NCBI GenBank assembly: GCA_964514585.1
Contig: CAZETU010000003.1
Span: 32,001 to 96,000, forward strand
DNA from: Candidatus Woesearchaeota archaeon
GTDB lineage: Archaea > Nanobdellota > Nanobdellia > Pacearchaeales > GW2011-AR1
DNA length: 64,000 nt
Reading direction: 5' to 3'
Shown: one piece after another, positions 46,706 to 56,441 of the stretch
Layout of the letters: each line of letters opens with the position of its first letter
How positions within the stretch are numbered: the first letter of the stretch is position 1
Notes under the pieces: model-generated
What the model saw: the letters and a program-made list of their open reading frames with translations, nothing else
The model's database searches: none
Told to the model about the DNA's origin: nothing
Made by a program: the position numbers and the translations under genes

Positions 46706-46801
46706 TTAACGTATTGATTTATATCCGCCTTCAATACCTTTTTTAGAAAAAACAATTTGCCATAATCTATAATTTTGTGATCTAAATGCTCCTGCACAAC
46801 T
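46706..46801 (-). pseudogene. cfa: 3' relic of cyclopropane-fatty-acyl-phospholipid synthase
   Basis: Manual translation SCAGAFRSQNYRLWQIVFSKKGIEGGYKSIR* resembles the Cfa C-terminus (CAGAFRAR..QLWQ.VFS). An upstream in-frame stop lies at 46826-46828 and there is no start codon. Confidence 0.7.
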
Positions 46802-46867
46802 ATCTTTTGTCGTTGGGATTATTGTTTAAGGGGTAAGTTTTAAGTATTATGTTTTGTTTTGAATTTT

Positions 46868-47476
46868 ATGGGTGATGATGGAGATAATAGTGGAATTTTT
46901 AAGATAGGGATTGGTATTTTGGTTGTTGTTTTTTTAGTCGCTACTTCTTTTTTTATTTGGAGTCCTAGTGGGTCTGTTGAGGAGGTTGCCTTAGAGGAAT
47001 CTGGGTCTGAGGAAGTTGTGAATGATTCTTCTAATTCTTCTGTTGAGATTGTCGAGGTTGATGATAATTCTTCTGTGAATGAGACTCCTGTTTCTCCTGT
47101 GGAAGATGAACCTGTTGTTGTGACTAGTACTGAGTGTGGGAAGAATGGTGGGCCTTGCTGTGGTAGGACGCGGATTAATGAGACTTTGGATGTTTCAGTT
47201 GAGGAGATTTATGTTGAGCAGTTTAAGCAGCATATTTATTGTGATGAGGGGTATGCTTGTCATCAGATTGGGAGTACCGAGGCTATTTGTTATGAGATTG
47301 GCGGGTTTGATTGTGGGGATGTTGGAGAGGAGTGTTGTAGGATTGCGAAGTCTAAGAAAATTTATATTGATAGCGATGGGAATGAGAGCGAAGTTTTTGT
47401 TGATGTTGCAAAGGAATGTGTGATTAATTCTTCTTGCGGATATGATTCTTCTAATGGGAATTACTATTGTTCTTGA
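46868..47476 (+). CDS. Membrane-anchored Cys-rich acidic protein
   Basis: N-terminal TM helix; repeated CG..G..CC motif (CGKNGGPCC, CGDVGEECC). Confidence 0.65.
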   Translation: MGDDGDNSGIFKIGIGILVVVFLVATSFFIWSPSGSVEEVALEESGSEEVVNDSSNSSVEIVEVDDNSSVNETPVSPVEDEPVVVTSTECGKNGGPCCGRTRINETLDVSVEEIYVEQFKQHIYCDEGYACHQIGSTEAICYEIGGFDCGDVGEECCRIAKSKKIYIDSDGNESEVFVDVAKECVINSSCGYDSSNGNYYCS

Positions 47477-47547
47477 TTAAATTTATGATTATATAGGGAG
47501 TATCTTTTTAAAGTTCATTTTTAGTTATAATATTAAGAGGTTAATTA

Positions 47548-48498
47548 ATGAAATTTATTTATAATGATATTTTTTTAGAACATGATACGGGGATGCATCC
47601 TGAAAATAAAAAAAGATTAGAGGTGTTAAAATTTAAAAGTGGGAAGGTAAGTAATGGGGAAAAATATCTTTCATTAATTCATGATAAGCATTATATTAAA
47701 CAAGTAAAAGATGCGTGTAAAAAATCTGAGAATTTAGACCAGGATACTGTTACTTCAAAGAAAACTTATAAGGCGGCAGTTATGGCTGTTGGGGCAACTA
47801 TTCAGGCATCCGAAGAGGGTGGCTTTGCAATTGTTCGTCCTCCGGGACACCATGCGCATCCGGGTAGAGCTAGTGGTTTTTGTGTTTTCAACAGTCTTGC
47901 TATAAGTGTCCAAAATTTAGTTAAAAAAGGAAAAAAGGTTTTGATTTTTGATTTTGATGGGCATCTAGGAGATGGGACTGAAAAAATATTTTATGATAAG
48001 AATAAAGTTTTTTATTTTTCTCTTCATCAATATCCTGCATTTCCAGGTTCTGGGTGGGCGAATGAAATTGGAACAAAAAAAGGCGTGGGGTATACATTGA
48101 ATGTCCCTCTTCCGGCAGGTACTGGAGATGATTTATATCTTGAGGCTATTAATGAATTTTTATGGATTTTAAAAAAGTTTAATCCAGATGTTGTAGCAAT
48201 TTCTGCGGGTTTTGATGCTTATAAAAATGATTTATTATTGGATTTGAATCTTAGTGCTGGTATTTATTATAAGATTGGTCAGATAATAAAAAATAATTTT
48301 GAGAATTTTTATGCAACTCTGGAAGGGGGGTATGATATTGGATCGCTTAAGGATTGTATTAATAATTTTTTGAATGGGATTAATGGTGAGAATGTATATA
48401 AAAAAGATAACCCAACAAAATCTAGTTCAACTGTTAAAAAAGAATTTGATAAGAGGGTAAAACTTGCCGAGAAAAGTATAAATAAATATTGGAAATAA
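47548..48498 (+). CDS. Zn-dependent histone deacetylase-family protein (AcuC/HDAC-like)
   Basis: HPENKKRL, RPPGHHA, GFCVFN, DFDGHLGDGT, SAGFDA and LEGGY motifs. Confidence 0.92.
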   Translation: MKFIYNDIFLEHDTGMHPENKKRLEVLKFKSGKVSNGEKYLSLIHDKHYIKQVKDACKKSENLDQDTVTSKKTYKAAVMAVGATIQASEEGGFAIVRPPGHHAHPGRASGFCVFNSLAISVQNLVKKGKKVLIFDFDGHLGDGTEKIFYDKNKVFYFSLHQYPAFPGSGWANEIGTKKGVGYTLNVPLPAGTGDDLYLEAINEFLWILKKFNPDVVAISAGFDAYKNDLLLDLNLSAGIYYKIGQIIKNNFENFYATLEGGYDIGSLKDCINNFLNGINGENVYKKDNPTKSSSTVKKEFDKRVKLAEKSINKYWK

Positions 48499-48502
48499 AA
48501 AA

Positions 48503-51169
48503 ATGACAATAAAAAAATTACAAGAAATTTTTAATCCAAATTCAATTGCAATAATTGGTGCTTCAAATAGTTCTAAAAAGGTAGGTTATGGAATTTTTAA
48601 AAATCTTCTCGATTCGAAAAAGAAGATTTATCCAATTAATAAAAAACATAAAACTATTTTGGGAAAGAAATCTTATTCATCAATACTTGATATCTTGGAG
48701 GAGGTGGATTTGGCAGTAATAGCAACCCCTGTTTCTACTGTCTTACCTGTTGTTAAGGATTGTTGTAAGAAAAAGGTTAAGTGTATAGTTATTATTAGCT
48801 CGGGGTTTAAGGAAAGGGGGAAGGATGGAGAAAAAATTCAGGAAGAAGTTTTGAAGATTACGAGGAAACATAATGTTCGAGTAATGGGTCCTAATTGTAT
48901 GGGGTTTATTAATCCTCATTTAGGATTAAATGTAAGTTTTGCAAATAACAAATTGAAGAAGGGGAATATAGCATTCATATCTCAATCTGGAGCTATGGGT
49001 TCTTCGGCTTTAGATTGGGCTTTAGATCATGATTTGGGTTTTAGTTTTTTTGCTTCTTTGGGCGCTATGGCAGATATAAGTTTTAGTGATTTAATCGATT
49101 ATTTAGGGAATGATCCTCAGACTGAGAGTATTGTTGTTTATATGGAATCCTTGAATAACGCTCGAAAATTTATGTCAGCTGCAAGAGCGTTTTCTAAAAA
49201 GAAACCTATAATTGTTTTAAAATCTGGAAGGAGCGAAGAGGGGGCGAGAGCTGCTAAATCTCATACTGGGAGTTTGGCGGGGAATGATTTAGTTTTTGAT
49301 TCAGCATTTAGGCGGGCAGGAATTGTTAGGGTTAATGAGACGGATGATTTATTTGACTGTGCAAAAACACTTTCAAAGCAGCAAAAACCTAAAGGGAATA
49401 GGCTTGCAATAGTTACTAATGCTGGAGGGCCAGGTGTTTTATCAGCTGATGTTCTTGTTCACAGGGGTGGTAGGGTTGCAGAATTATCTGATAAAACAAT
49501 TAAAAATTTAAATAAAGTTTTACCGGAGAATTGGAGCCATGGGAATCCAGTGGATATCTTAGGGGATGCTAATGCTTTTGATTACAAAAAGGCTATTGAG
49601 TTTTGTTTAGGTGATGAGGGGGTTGATGGAATTTTAGTTTTATTGACTCCTCAGACAATGACGGATTCTGTTGCGATTGCTAAATCAATTGTTTCGATTA
49701 AGAATGATAAGCCAATTCTTGTGTCTTTTATGGGTGGGCCTAGCGTTGAGAAGGGTAAGAAAATTCTTGAAGAGGGAAAAATACCGACGTTTCCATATCC
49801 GGAGCGTGCTGTTAAGGCATTTAGTTATTTATATGATTATTCTAAAAATATAGAATTTTTGTATCAACTTCCGGGCTCTATTCCTCATGCATTTGAACCA
49901 GATACGGATGAAGTAAAAAAGATAATTAATAAATCTGTTGCGAAAAATTTTTTCTCGTTAGATGATTTTGATTCTAAGAGAATATTGTCGAGTTATGGTA
50001 TTCCGGCCTCTTCTCAAAAAATTGCTAAGAATGTTAAGCAGGCATTAGAAATTGCGAAGAAGATGGGTTATCCGTTAGTTATGAAGATAGCTTCTCCAAA
50101 TATATTGCATAAGACAGAAATCGATGCGGTTAAGTTAGATATTCATTCTGGAAGTGAAGTTAAAAAAGCTTACGGGGAGATAATGTCAAATGTTAAAAAA
50201 TATAATTCTAAGGCAAAGATTAATGGAATTATTCTTGAAAAAATGTCTTCTAAGAAATATGAACTGATCATTGGGTGTAAAAAGGATCCGATATTCGGTC
50301 CTGTAATTGTTTTTGGACTTGGTGGCGTTGCTGTTAACTTGTTTAAGGATACAAGTATTGGGCTTCCTCCATTGAATATGGATTTGGCAGAATCTTTAAT
50401 AGATGATACAAAAGTGTCTAAATTACTGAGGGGATATAGAAATATGAAAGGTGTAGATATTAATTTCTTGAAGTCTATTCTCTATAAATTTTCTTATCTT
50501 ATAATAGATTTTCCGGAAATTAGTGAAATTGATATTAACCCATTTAGTATGAACGAGGAAGGGGGTATGGTTCTTGATGCAAAAATAGTTTTAGATAAAA
50601 AATATTTAAGCGGAAGCCACAAGGCTGAAGTTCCTTACTCTCATTTAGTTATAAGACCTTACCCTAAGGAATATGTAACCAAAATAAAAACGAACAAAGG
50701 TAAAGAGGTTACGTTGAGACCTATAAGGCCCGAAGATGAACTGATTGAAAAAGAAATGATTGAAAAGTTTTCTGAGGAAACTCAGAGGTTTAGATTTTTT
50801 AGGCACTTGAAAGAAGCCACTCATGATATACTAGTGCAGTATACTTGTAATGATTATGATCGGGAAATTGGATTGGCGGCGGAAATTGAAGAGAAGGGTA
50901 AGAAAAAGTTTGCGGGTGTTGTAAGATTAATAACAGATCCGTATGAAAATAGTGCGGAGTTTGCGATTGTTGTTGCGGATCCATGGCAGGGACATGGTCT
51001 TGGTAATAAAATGATGGATTATATGTTAGAGTTAGCAAAGAAAAGAAAGGTTGATAAGGTGTATGGTTATCTTTTGAAAGATAATGATATTATGAAGGAC
51101 ATGTTTGAAAAAAAAGGATTTTTGATTACGGAGCAGGATGATACTTATTATGCCGAGAAGGTCTTGTGA
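48503..51169 (+). CDS. ADP-forming acyl-CoA synthetase (alpha+beta) fused to C-terminal GNAT (Pat/PatZ architecture)
   Basis: IAIIGAS, MGPNCMG, SQSGA, KSHTGSLAG, NPVDILGDA, ATP-grasp HKTE...GPVIVFGLGG, DINP, then GNAT LRPIRPED...WQGHGLGNKM. Confidence 0.9.
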   Translation: MTIKKLQEIFNPNSIAIIGASNSSKKVGYGIFKNLLDSKKKIYPINKKHKTILGKKSYSSILDILEEVDLAVIATPVSTVLPVVKDCCKKKVKCIVIISSGFKERGKDGEKIQEEVLKITRKHNVRVMGPNCMGFINPHLGLNVSFANNKLKKGNIAFISQSGAMGSSALDWALDHDLGFSFFASLGAMADISFSDLIDYLGNDPQTESIVVYMESLNNARKFMSAARAFSKKKPIIVLKSGRSEEGARAAKSHTGSLAGNDLVFDSAFRRAGIVRVNETDDLFDCAKTLSKQQKPKGNRLAIVTNAGGPGVLSADVLVHRGGRVAELSDKTIKNLNKVLPENWSHGNPVDILGDANAFDYKKAIEFCLGDEGVDGILVLLTPQTMTDSVAIAKSIVSIKNDKPILVSFMGGPSVEKGKKILEEGKIPTFPYPERAVKAFSYLYDYSKNIEFLYQLPGSIPHAFEPDTDEVKKIINKSVAKNFFSLDDFDSKRILSSYGIPASSQKIAKNVKQALEIAKKMGYPLVMKIASPNILHKTEIDAVKLDIHSGSEVKKAYGEIMSNVKKYNSKAKINGIILEKMSSKKYELIIGCKKDPIFGPVIVFGLGGVAVNLFKDTSIGLPPLNMDLAESLIDDTKVSKLLRGYRNMKGVDINFLKSILYKFSYLIIDFPEISEIDINPFSMNEEGGMVLDAKIVLDKKYLSGSHKAEVPYSHLVIRPYPKEYVTKIKTNKGKEVTLRPIRPEDELIEKEMIEKFSEETQRFRFFRHLKEATHDILVQYTCNDYDREIGLAAEIEEKGKKKFAGVVRLITDPYENSAEFAIVVADPWQGHGLGNKMMDYMLELAKKRKVDKVYGYLLKDNDIMKDMFEKKGFLITEQDDTYYAEKVL

Positions 51170-51289
51170 TTTTTGGCGAATCTTAAATTGAATCTGGGCA
51201 AGCAATGTTTTTGTTGATATGATTGTTTTAGAATACAAATTAATAATATTTGCTCATGCAAGTGAGATATCATGCAGAATGTTCTTAAT

Positions 51290-51308
51290 GATAGTAGTGG
51301 GGGAGTTT
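51290..51308. repeat. 19-bp dispersed repeat GATAGTAGTGGGGGAGTTT
   Basis: Identical copy at 62233-62251. Confidence 0.8.
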
Positions 51309-51971
51309 AATTGGGGAATAAATGAGTTATGTTTTTATAATTAATTTCTGAAAAATCATTGATTATTAAATCGGCAATATCTTGAAATTCTTCTTTAGTA
51401 TGGTATGATGTTACAAATGCAATAGATTTCATATTTGCTGCATTTGCAGCTTGAATTCCATTCACAGCATCTTCTATTACAATACAGTTTTTTGGATTAA
51501 CTTCTAATTCTTCTGCAGCTTTTAGAAACATTTCAGGATTAGGTTTGTGTAAGTTAATATCTTCAGCTGTAATTAGAATATCTATCTTATCAAAAAAATC
51601 AACTAATTTAAGTAATTGGATTGCTCTGTCTTTCGTGCTTGATGTAGCAACAGCTATCTTAATATTATTATCTTTTAATTTTTTAACTAAATTTAATAAG
51701 TAATCATTTGGTTTAATTTTTTCTTTCATTAATTGAAGTTCTATTGCAAATGCTTTTTTTGAAAAATCAAGAGAATCTATATATTCTGAAATATTAAAAT
51801 CTTTTTTCCACATTTCTATCTGATCTCTAAGAGATCTTCCTATTGTCTTTTTTCTATATTTAGAACTCATATGAGCCCATACTTTTCAAGAAGTTGATTA
51901 AATGCTATTGTTACATATTCTGGAGTATCCACCAAAACCCCATCCATATCAAATATTACTGCGTTTACCAT
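51307..51971 (-). pseudogene. HAD-family phosphatase (beta-PGM-like) split by a frameshift
   Basis: 51971-51867 encodes MVNAVIFDMDGVLVDTPEYV...YGLI* (motif I). The remainder (51870-51307: ATSS, KPNP, IEDAVNGIQAA) is in another frame with an ATGA overlap. Confidence 0.8.
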
Positions 51972-52104
51972 TTTATATTGATTTTAAGAATATATATTAT
52001 TTAAGTTATTCCTATAGAGATATCTTATTTCCACAAAAAAGAAACTAAAGAGTATTATGTCTCAATCGTGATGTCGCATGTGTAGTTTTTGAATATTCTA
52101 GAAA

Positions 52105-53535
52105 TTATAAGTGCTTGGCCATATCTTGCAAAATTTCATGTGCTGCCATAACTCTTTCTTCTGAAGTTTTTTGGCCTGTTATTGCTCTTCCTATAACTAA
52201 AATATCGGAGCCATCCTGAACTGCATTTCCTGGAGTAAAAACTCTTTTCTGGTCGGATCCTGCAGGAGTATTTGGTCCCTTTATCCCTGGAGTTACATAC
52301 ATAAAACCTTCAGGGAGTTTGCTTTTGATTTCGTGGAGATCGGCTGCTGAACAAACGACACCATCAAGACCTGCTTTTTGAGTTAATTGTGCTAACTTTA
52401 AAACCTGGTCGGGGAGGGGCCCTGGAACATTCAGTTGGTGATTTAATATCTCTCTGTCTATACTTGTTAGAACCGTTACTGCGGTGATCTTTGGAACTTT
52501 TGTCCCATATTTCAAGGCTCCGGCTTTTGCCCCATCAACTGCCGCTTGCATCATTTCCAATCCTCCAGATGCGTGAATATTAAACATGTAAATTCCAAGC
52601 TTACTTGCAGCATCCGCCGCGCCTTTTACAGTATTTGGAATATCATGGTATTTTAGATCTAAGAAAACATTTGCGCCATTGTTTTGGACTAGTTTTACGA
52701 CTTCGGGTCCAAATCTTGTGAATGTTTCTTTTCCTATCTTGAACAGGCCGACCACTTGGCTTAATTCAGCGACCCTTGCCTTCACTTCTTCTATTGTTTC
52801 GAGTCCGTCCAATGGTAAACAAACCATTTCCCTTGCAGCTTTTTCTTTTTCGGTTAATTCTATTTTTATTATTTTTGGAAAACCGTGTTTTTCTCCCCAG
52901 TTGAAAGGATCTCGTCTCCACTCTGCCAGCATCTCTGTTTGATTTTGATTAATGTATTCTTCTTGTTTGGCAGTTTTTAGTAGTGTGTCGTAATCTAGAA
53001 GAGATATTACTTCGCATGGTTCGTCAAGTTTTTCGAATGCGTTGTTGGCTTTGCCGAGCCCATAACTAAATATTGAGATACAATACTTGCAAACACCGTT
53101 GGCATCTCTTATGGCCTGGACCGCTCTTGCCGAACTGCCACCCGTAGAAATTAAGTCTTCAATTAATATTACTTCTTTTCCTTCTAGATCTGATTCTGCA
53201 TCAATTCCTTCTATCTGGTTTCTTAGTCCATGTCCTTTTGGTTTATCTCGTACATAGATTAGTGGCTTTTGTAGGGAATCGGCTAAGGTCGTTGCTGGTG
53301 GGATTCCTGAAGTGGATGTTCCGGCAATAATATCGAAGGAAATTCCTTCAGTCTTTAATAAATTCTCAAAAGCATTTAATATTAATTCTCGATATTTTGG
53401 ACTGGCAAGAAACATTCGGTTGTCATTATATATTGGCATTCGGTAGCCTGATGCCCATGTGAAGGGATTGTCCGGTCGTAATTTAATGGCGTGAATTTTT
53501 AATGCGGCTTTGGCAATCTCTTTTGAGTAATCCAT
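52105..53535 (-). CDS. pyrEF: Bifunctional orotate phosphoribosyltransferase / OMP decarboxylase (PyrE-PyrF, UMP synthase order)
   Basis: FTWASG..PIYNDNR, YVRDKPKGHG and IEDLISTGGS, followed by LPLD, FLDLKYHDIPNTV and VIGRAI. Confidence 0.93.
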   Translation of the reverse strand: MDYSKEIAKAALKIHAIKLRPDNPFTWASGYRMPIYNDNRMFLASPKYRELILNAFENLLKTEGISFDIIAGTSTSGIPPATTLADSLQKPLIYVRDKPKGHGLRNQIEGIDAESDLEGKEVILIEDLISTGGSSARAVQAIRDANGVCKYCISIFSYGLGKANNAFEKLDEPCEVISLLDYDTLLKTAKQEEYINQNQTEMLAEWRRDPFNWGEKHGFPKIIKIELTEKEKAAREMVCLPLDGLETIEEVKARVAELSQVVGLFKIGKETFTRFGPEVVKLVQNNGANVFLDLKYHDIPNTVKGAADAASKLGIYMFNIHASGGLEMMQAAVDGAKAGALKYGTKVPKITAVTVLTSIDREILNHQLNVPGPLPDQVLKLAQLTQKAGLDGVVCSAADLHEIKSKLPEGFMYVTPGIKGPNTPAGSDQKRVFTPGNAVQDGSDILVIGRAITGQKTSEERVMAAHEILQDMAKHL

Positions 53536-53645
53536 AATGGAGTTTAGTGAGGGTGATATATAAATTTTGTCTAAAATTTTTTGCTACTTTGTATTGATGA
53601 AAATATTAAGCATAATTTTAAATAATATTTTGGCGGGAAGAGGAT

Positions 53646-56315
53646 ATGTTTATAGATTGTCATGTTCATTGTCGGGATTTTGAACAAAGTCATAAAGAAA
53701 CTGTTGCTCATGCACTTAGGGTTGCTGAAGATTCGGGTGTGAGTGCTATTTTTGATATGCCAAATACTAGTCCTGCCGTGACTACAAGAAAAGGGGTGCT
53801 TGAAAGATTTGCTCTTGCAAAGGCTGTAAATTCTCCTGTTTTTTATGGGCTTTATATTGGGCTCACTTCTAATCCTGATCAAATTAAGGAAGCTGTTGAT
53901 ACTTATCGAGAATTTTTCCCTAAGACTTCTGATGCTAATATGGGAGTGATTGGTTTGAAAATGTTTGCAGGTAAATCGGTGGGGGATTTGACCATTGGTG
54001 AGCCTAGCGCTCAGTTGGAGGTTTACAAACAATTGGTTAAGAATAATTTTTCTGGTGTTTTGGTAGTTCATTGTGAAAAAGAATCTGAAATGAAACCGGA
54101 GCTATGGGACTCTCTTAATTCTGAAACTCATGGTGATGCGAGACCCGAAGAGGCAGAACTGGCTTCTGTTAAGGATCAGATAAATTTTGCGTTACAAACT
54201 GGATATGCTAATTTGAATACTGTGGGGAAATTGCACATTGCTCATGTTTCTGTTCCGCGGACCGTTGATATTATAGATTTTTTTAGGAATTCTTTGAATA
54301 TTTCTTGTGGTGCTACTCCGCATCATTTGTTGTTGAATGACGAAATAATGAAATCTAAAGAGGGTATATTTTACAAGGTGAATCCTCCTTTGAGAAAAAA
54401 GAGTAGTCAAAGGATTTTGTTAGAGAAGTTTAAGCAGGGGAAGATTGATGTGTTGGAGACAGATCATGCTCCTCATACGAGAGAAGAAAAACTTCGGGGG
54501 TATATGTCTGGTATACCTGAGCTTGCGTCTTGGCCTATTTTTACGAATATATTGAAAAAGGAAGGGGTTGGGAACGTTCTTTTGAAAAGGGTTGCCTTTG
54601 AAAATGTGAATAAGATTTTTGGAACTCAAATTGGAAAATTGAATTTTGGAATCAAGTCGCATGTTGATGAATATGTGTTTAATCCTTATGAAAAATTTGA
54701 CATGAAGTTGGAAAAAATAAAACTGGGGAATAAGGAGGTTATGCCTTTTACAATTCCTTCGGGGATTATTACAACTCAAGTTTCTTGTTTGGTAAAATTA
54801 GCTAGGGAAATTCCGGAGCTTGGAATATTAACGACAAAGAGTATTGGGCCCGAACCAAAGCCTGGAAATCGTGAGCCTATTTTGTCTCAACATATTGATG
54901 GCGGATTTATTAATGCAGTGGGGTTGACAAATCCAGGGGTTAAGAAGTTTGCGAAGGAATTATCTGAGGCAGATTTTCCAAAAGATAAATTTTTACTTGC
55001 ATCTATTTTTGGGGGGAATGTGGATGAATTTGTCGAGGTTGCTCAGACTTTGGAAGATTATGTTGACGGCTTCGAATTGAATCTTTCTTGTCCTCATGCT
55101 AAGGGGTATGGGATGCAACTCGGGCAAGATCCAAAAATTGTTAATGAGATTGTTAGTGGGGTTGTTAGAATAACGGATAAACCGGTTTTTGCGAAGCTGA
55201 CCCCTAATGCTGGGAATATTGGAGAGATTGCTAAGTCTGCTGTTGATGCTGGGGCTTATGGGATAGTTGCAATTAATACTGTCGGGCCGGGATGTCATAT
55301 GGCTCATAGAAATCCTGTCTTGACAAATAAGGTAGGGGGGCTTTCTGGTGCAGGTATCGCTCCGATTGGGGTTAAATGTGTTCGTGAGATTCGACAAGCA
55401 ATTGGCGAGGGTGTTCCAATTCTTGGGATGGGGGGAATTGGTTCTCCTAAGGAAGTTGAAGCCTATCAAGATGCTGGAGCAAATATGTTTGGAATTGGAA
55501 GTGCGCTTGCTGGGATGACTGATAATAATTTGAAAGATTATTTTGCGGCGATTGTAGATGATGTAAGAAATAAAACAAACTACTCTAAAGGATTTTTGCG
55601 GAAAATAGATATGGATTATCAAGAGGCGAAGGTTATGAGTGTTGAAGGGTCGGGGAATTTTAAAGTCTTTAGGGCGGATAGATCGCTTAGATCGCGGCCG
55701 GGCGAATTTGTCTTTTTGTGGTTGCCGGGGATCGGGGAAAAGCCGTTCTCAGTTATGGATGATGATCCATTTACTGTAGGAATTTTAGAAGTGGGCGAGT
55801 TTACTAAAGAGTTTGGTAAATTAAAAGAGGGAGATAGTTTTTATTTTCGGGGACCTTATGGTGATGAGGCTTATGTTCCCGAGGGGTCTAATGTTGTTTT
55901 AGTCGGAGGAGGATGCGGCGTTGCGGGACTCTATCTTCTTGCAAAGAAATTTTCTAAGAGGGCGAGGGTTACAATATTGTTGGCAGCGAAGGATAAAGAT
56001 CGTCTTGCTTATTTGGAGGAGTTTGGAAATTGTGGGGAAATTAAGATAGCTACTGAAGATGGGAGTTTGGGTAGGATGGGATTGGTCACGGATTTAATAA
56101 AAGATTTTAAAATAGAGGAGGGGACTTACTTCTTTAATTGTGGGCCGAAAGGAATGATAAATGCTGTTTTGCCATTGGAACTTGAACTGACTGAGTCTAG
56201 AAGAATTTTTTCTTCGGTTGACTATATGACTCGATGTGGAGTTGGTATTTGTGGAAGTTGTGCAGATAAGAATGGTATTAGAACTTGTGTTGAAGGACCT
56301 TTTATGAATCCTTAG
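53646..56315 (+). CDS. pyrC-pyrD-pyrK: Triple fusion: dihydroorotase, dihydroorotate dehydrogenase (family 1B) and PyrK electron-transfer subunit
   Basis: DCHVHCRD, DMPNT and ETDHAPH; NAVGLTNPG, ELNLSCPH, KLTP and GGLSG; RGPYG, GGGCG and CGVGICGSC...CVEGP, all in one 889-aa frame. Confidence 0.92.
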   Translation: MFIDCHVHCRDFEQSHKETVAHALRVAEDSGVSAIFDMPNTSPAVTTRKGVLERFALAKAVNSPVFYGLYIGLTSNPDQIKEAVDTYREFFPKTSDANMGVIGLKMFAGKSVGDLTIGEPSAQLEVYKQLVKNNFSGVLVVHCEKESEMKPELWDSLNSETHGDARPEEAELASVKDQINFALQTGYANLNTVGKLHIAHVSVPRTVDIIDFFRNSLNISCGATPHHLLLNDEIMKSKEGIFYKVNPPLRKKSSQRILLEKFKQGKIDVLETDHAPHTREEKLRGYMSGIPELASWPIFTNILKKEGVGNVLLKRVAFENVNKIFGTQIGKLNFGIKSHVDEYVFNPYEKFDMKLEKIKLGNKEVMPFTIPSGIITTQVSCLVKLAREIPELGILTTKSIGPEPKPGNREPILSQHIDGGFINAVGLTNPGVKKFAKELSEADFPKDKFLLASIFGGNVDEFVEVAQTLEDYVDGFELNLSCPHAKGYGMQLGQDPKIVNEIVSGVVRITDKPVFAKLTPNAGNIGEIAKSAVDAGAYGIVAINTVGPGCHMAHRNPVLTNKVGGLSGAGIAPIGVKCVREIRQAIGEGVPILGMGGIGSPKEVEAYQDAGANMFGIGSALAGMTDNNLKDYFAAIVDDVRNKTNYSKGFLRKIDMDYQEAKVMSVEGSGNFKVFRADRSLRSRPGEFVFLWLPGIGEKPFSVMDDDPFTVGILEVGEFTKEFGKLKEGDSFYFRGPYGDEAYVPEGSNVVLVGGGCGVAGLYLLAKKFSKRARVTILLAAKDKDRLAYLEEFGNCGEIKIATEDGSLGRMGLVTDLIKDFKIEEGTYFFNCGPKGMINAVLPLELELTESRRIFSSVDYMTRCGVGICGSCADKNGIRTCVEGPFMNP

Positions 56316-56333
56316 GACGCCCCAACCGGAGTC
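56316..56333. repeat. Hairpin GACGCC-CCAACC-GGAGTC (member of a CCAACC-loop family)
   Basis: Related cores at 62223-62233, 62908-62923 and 63811-63828. Confidence 0.6.
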
Positions 56334-56441
56334 GAGACCTTTTTGGCATCTCTTAGGGACTGCGTTTAAATATCGAATATTTTTATTTATTGTTGAATTA
56401 GTGACGCTGTTGAACTTTTTAAGTATTGTCGAGGTTGAGTG

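Noticed and set aside
51867-51869. Selenocysteine or TGA readthrough in the HAD gene
   Set aside because: Readthrough gives unrelated sequence and hits TAG shortly after; the homologous continuation is in another frame.
56316-56345. tRNA gene on minus (TCGACTCCGGTTGGGGCG resembles a T-arm/acceptor 3' end)
   Set aside because: No matching 5' acceptor half, D arm or anticodon arm; kept only as a hairpin-family member.
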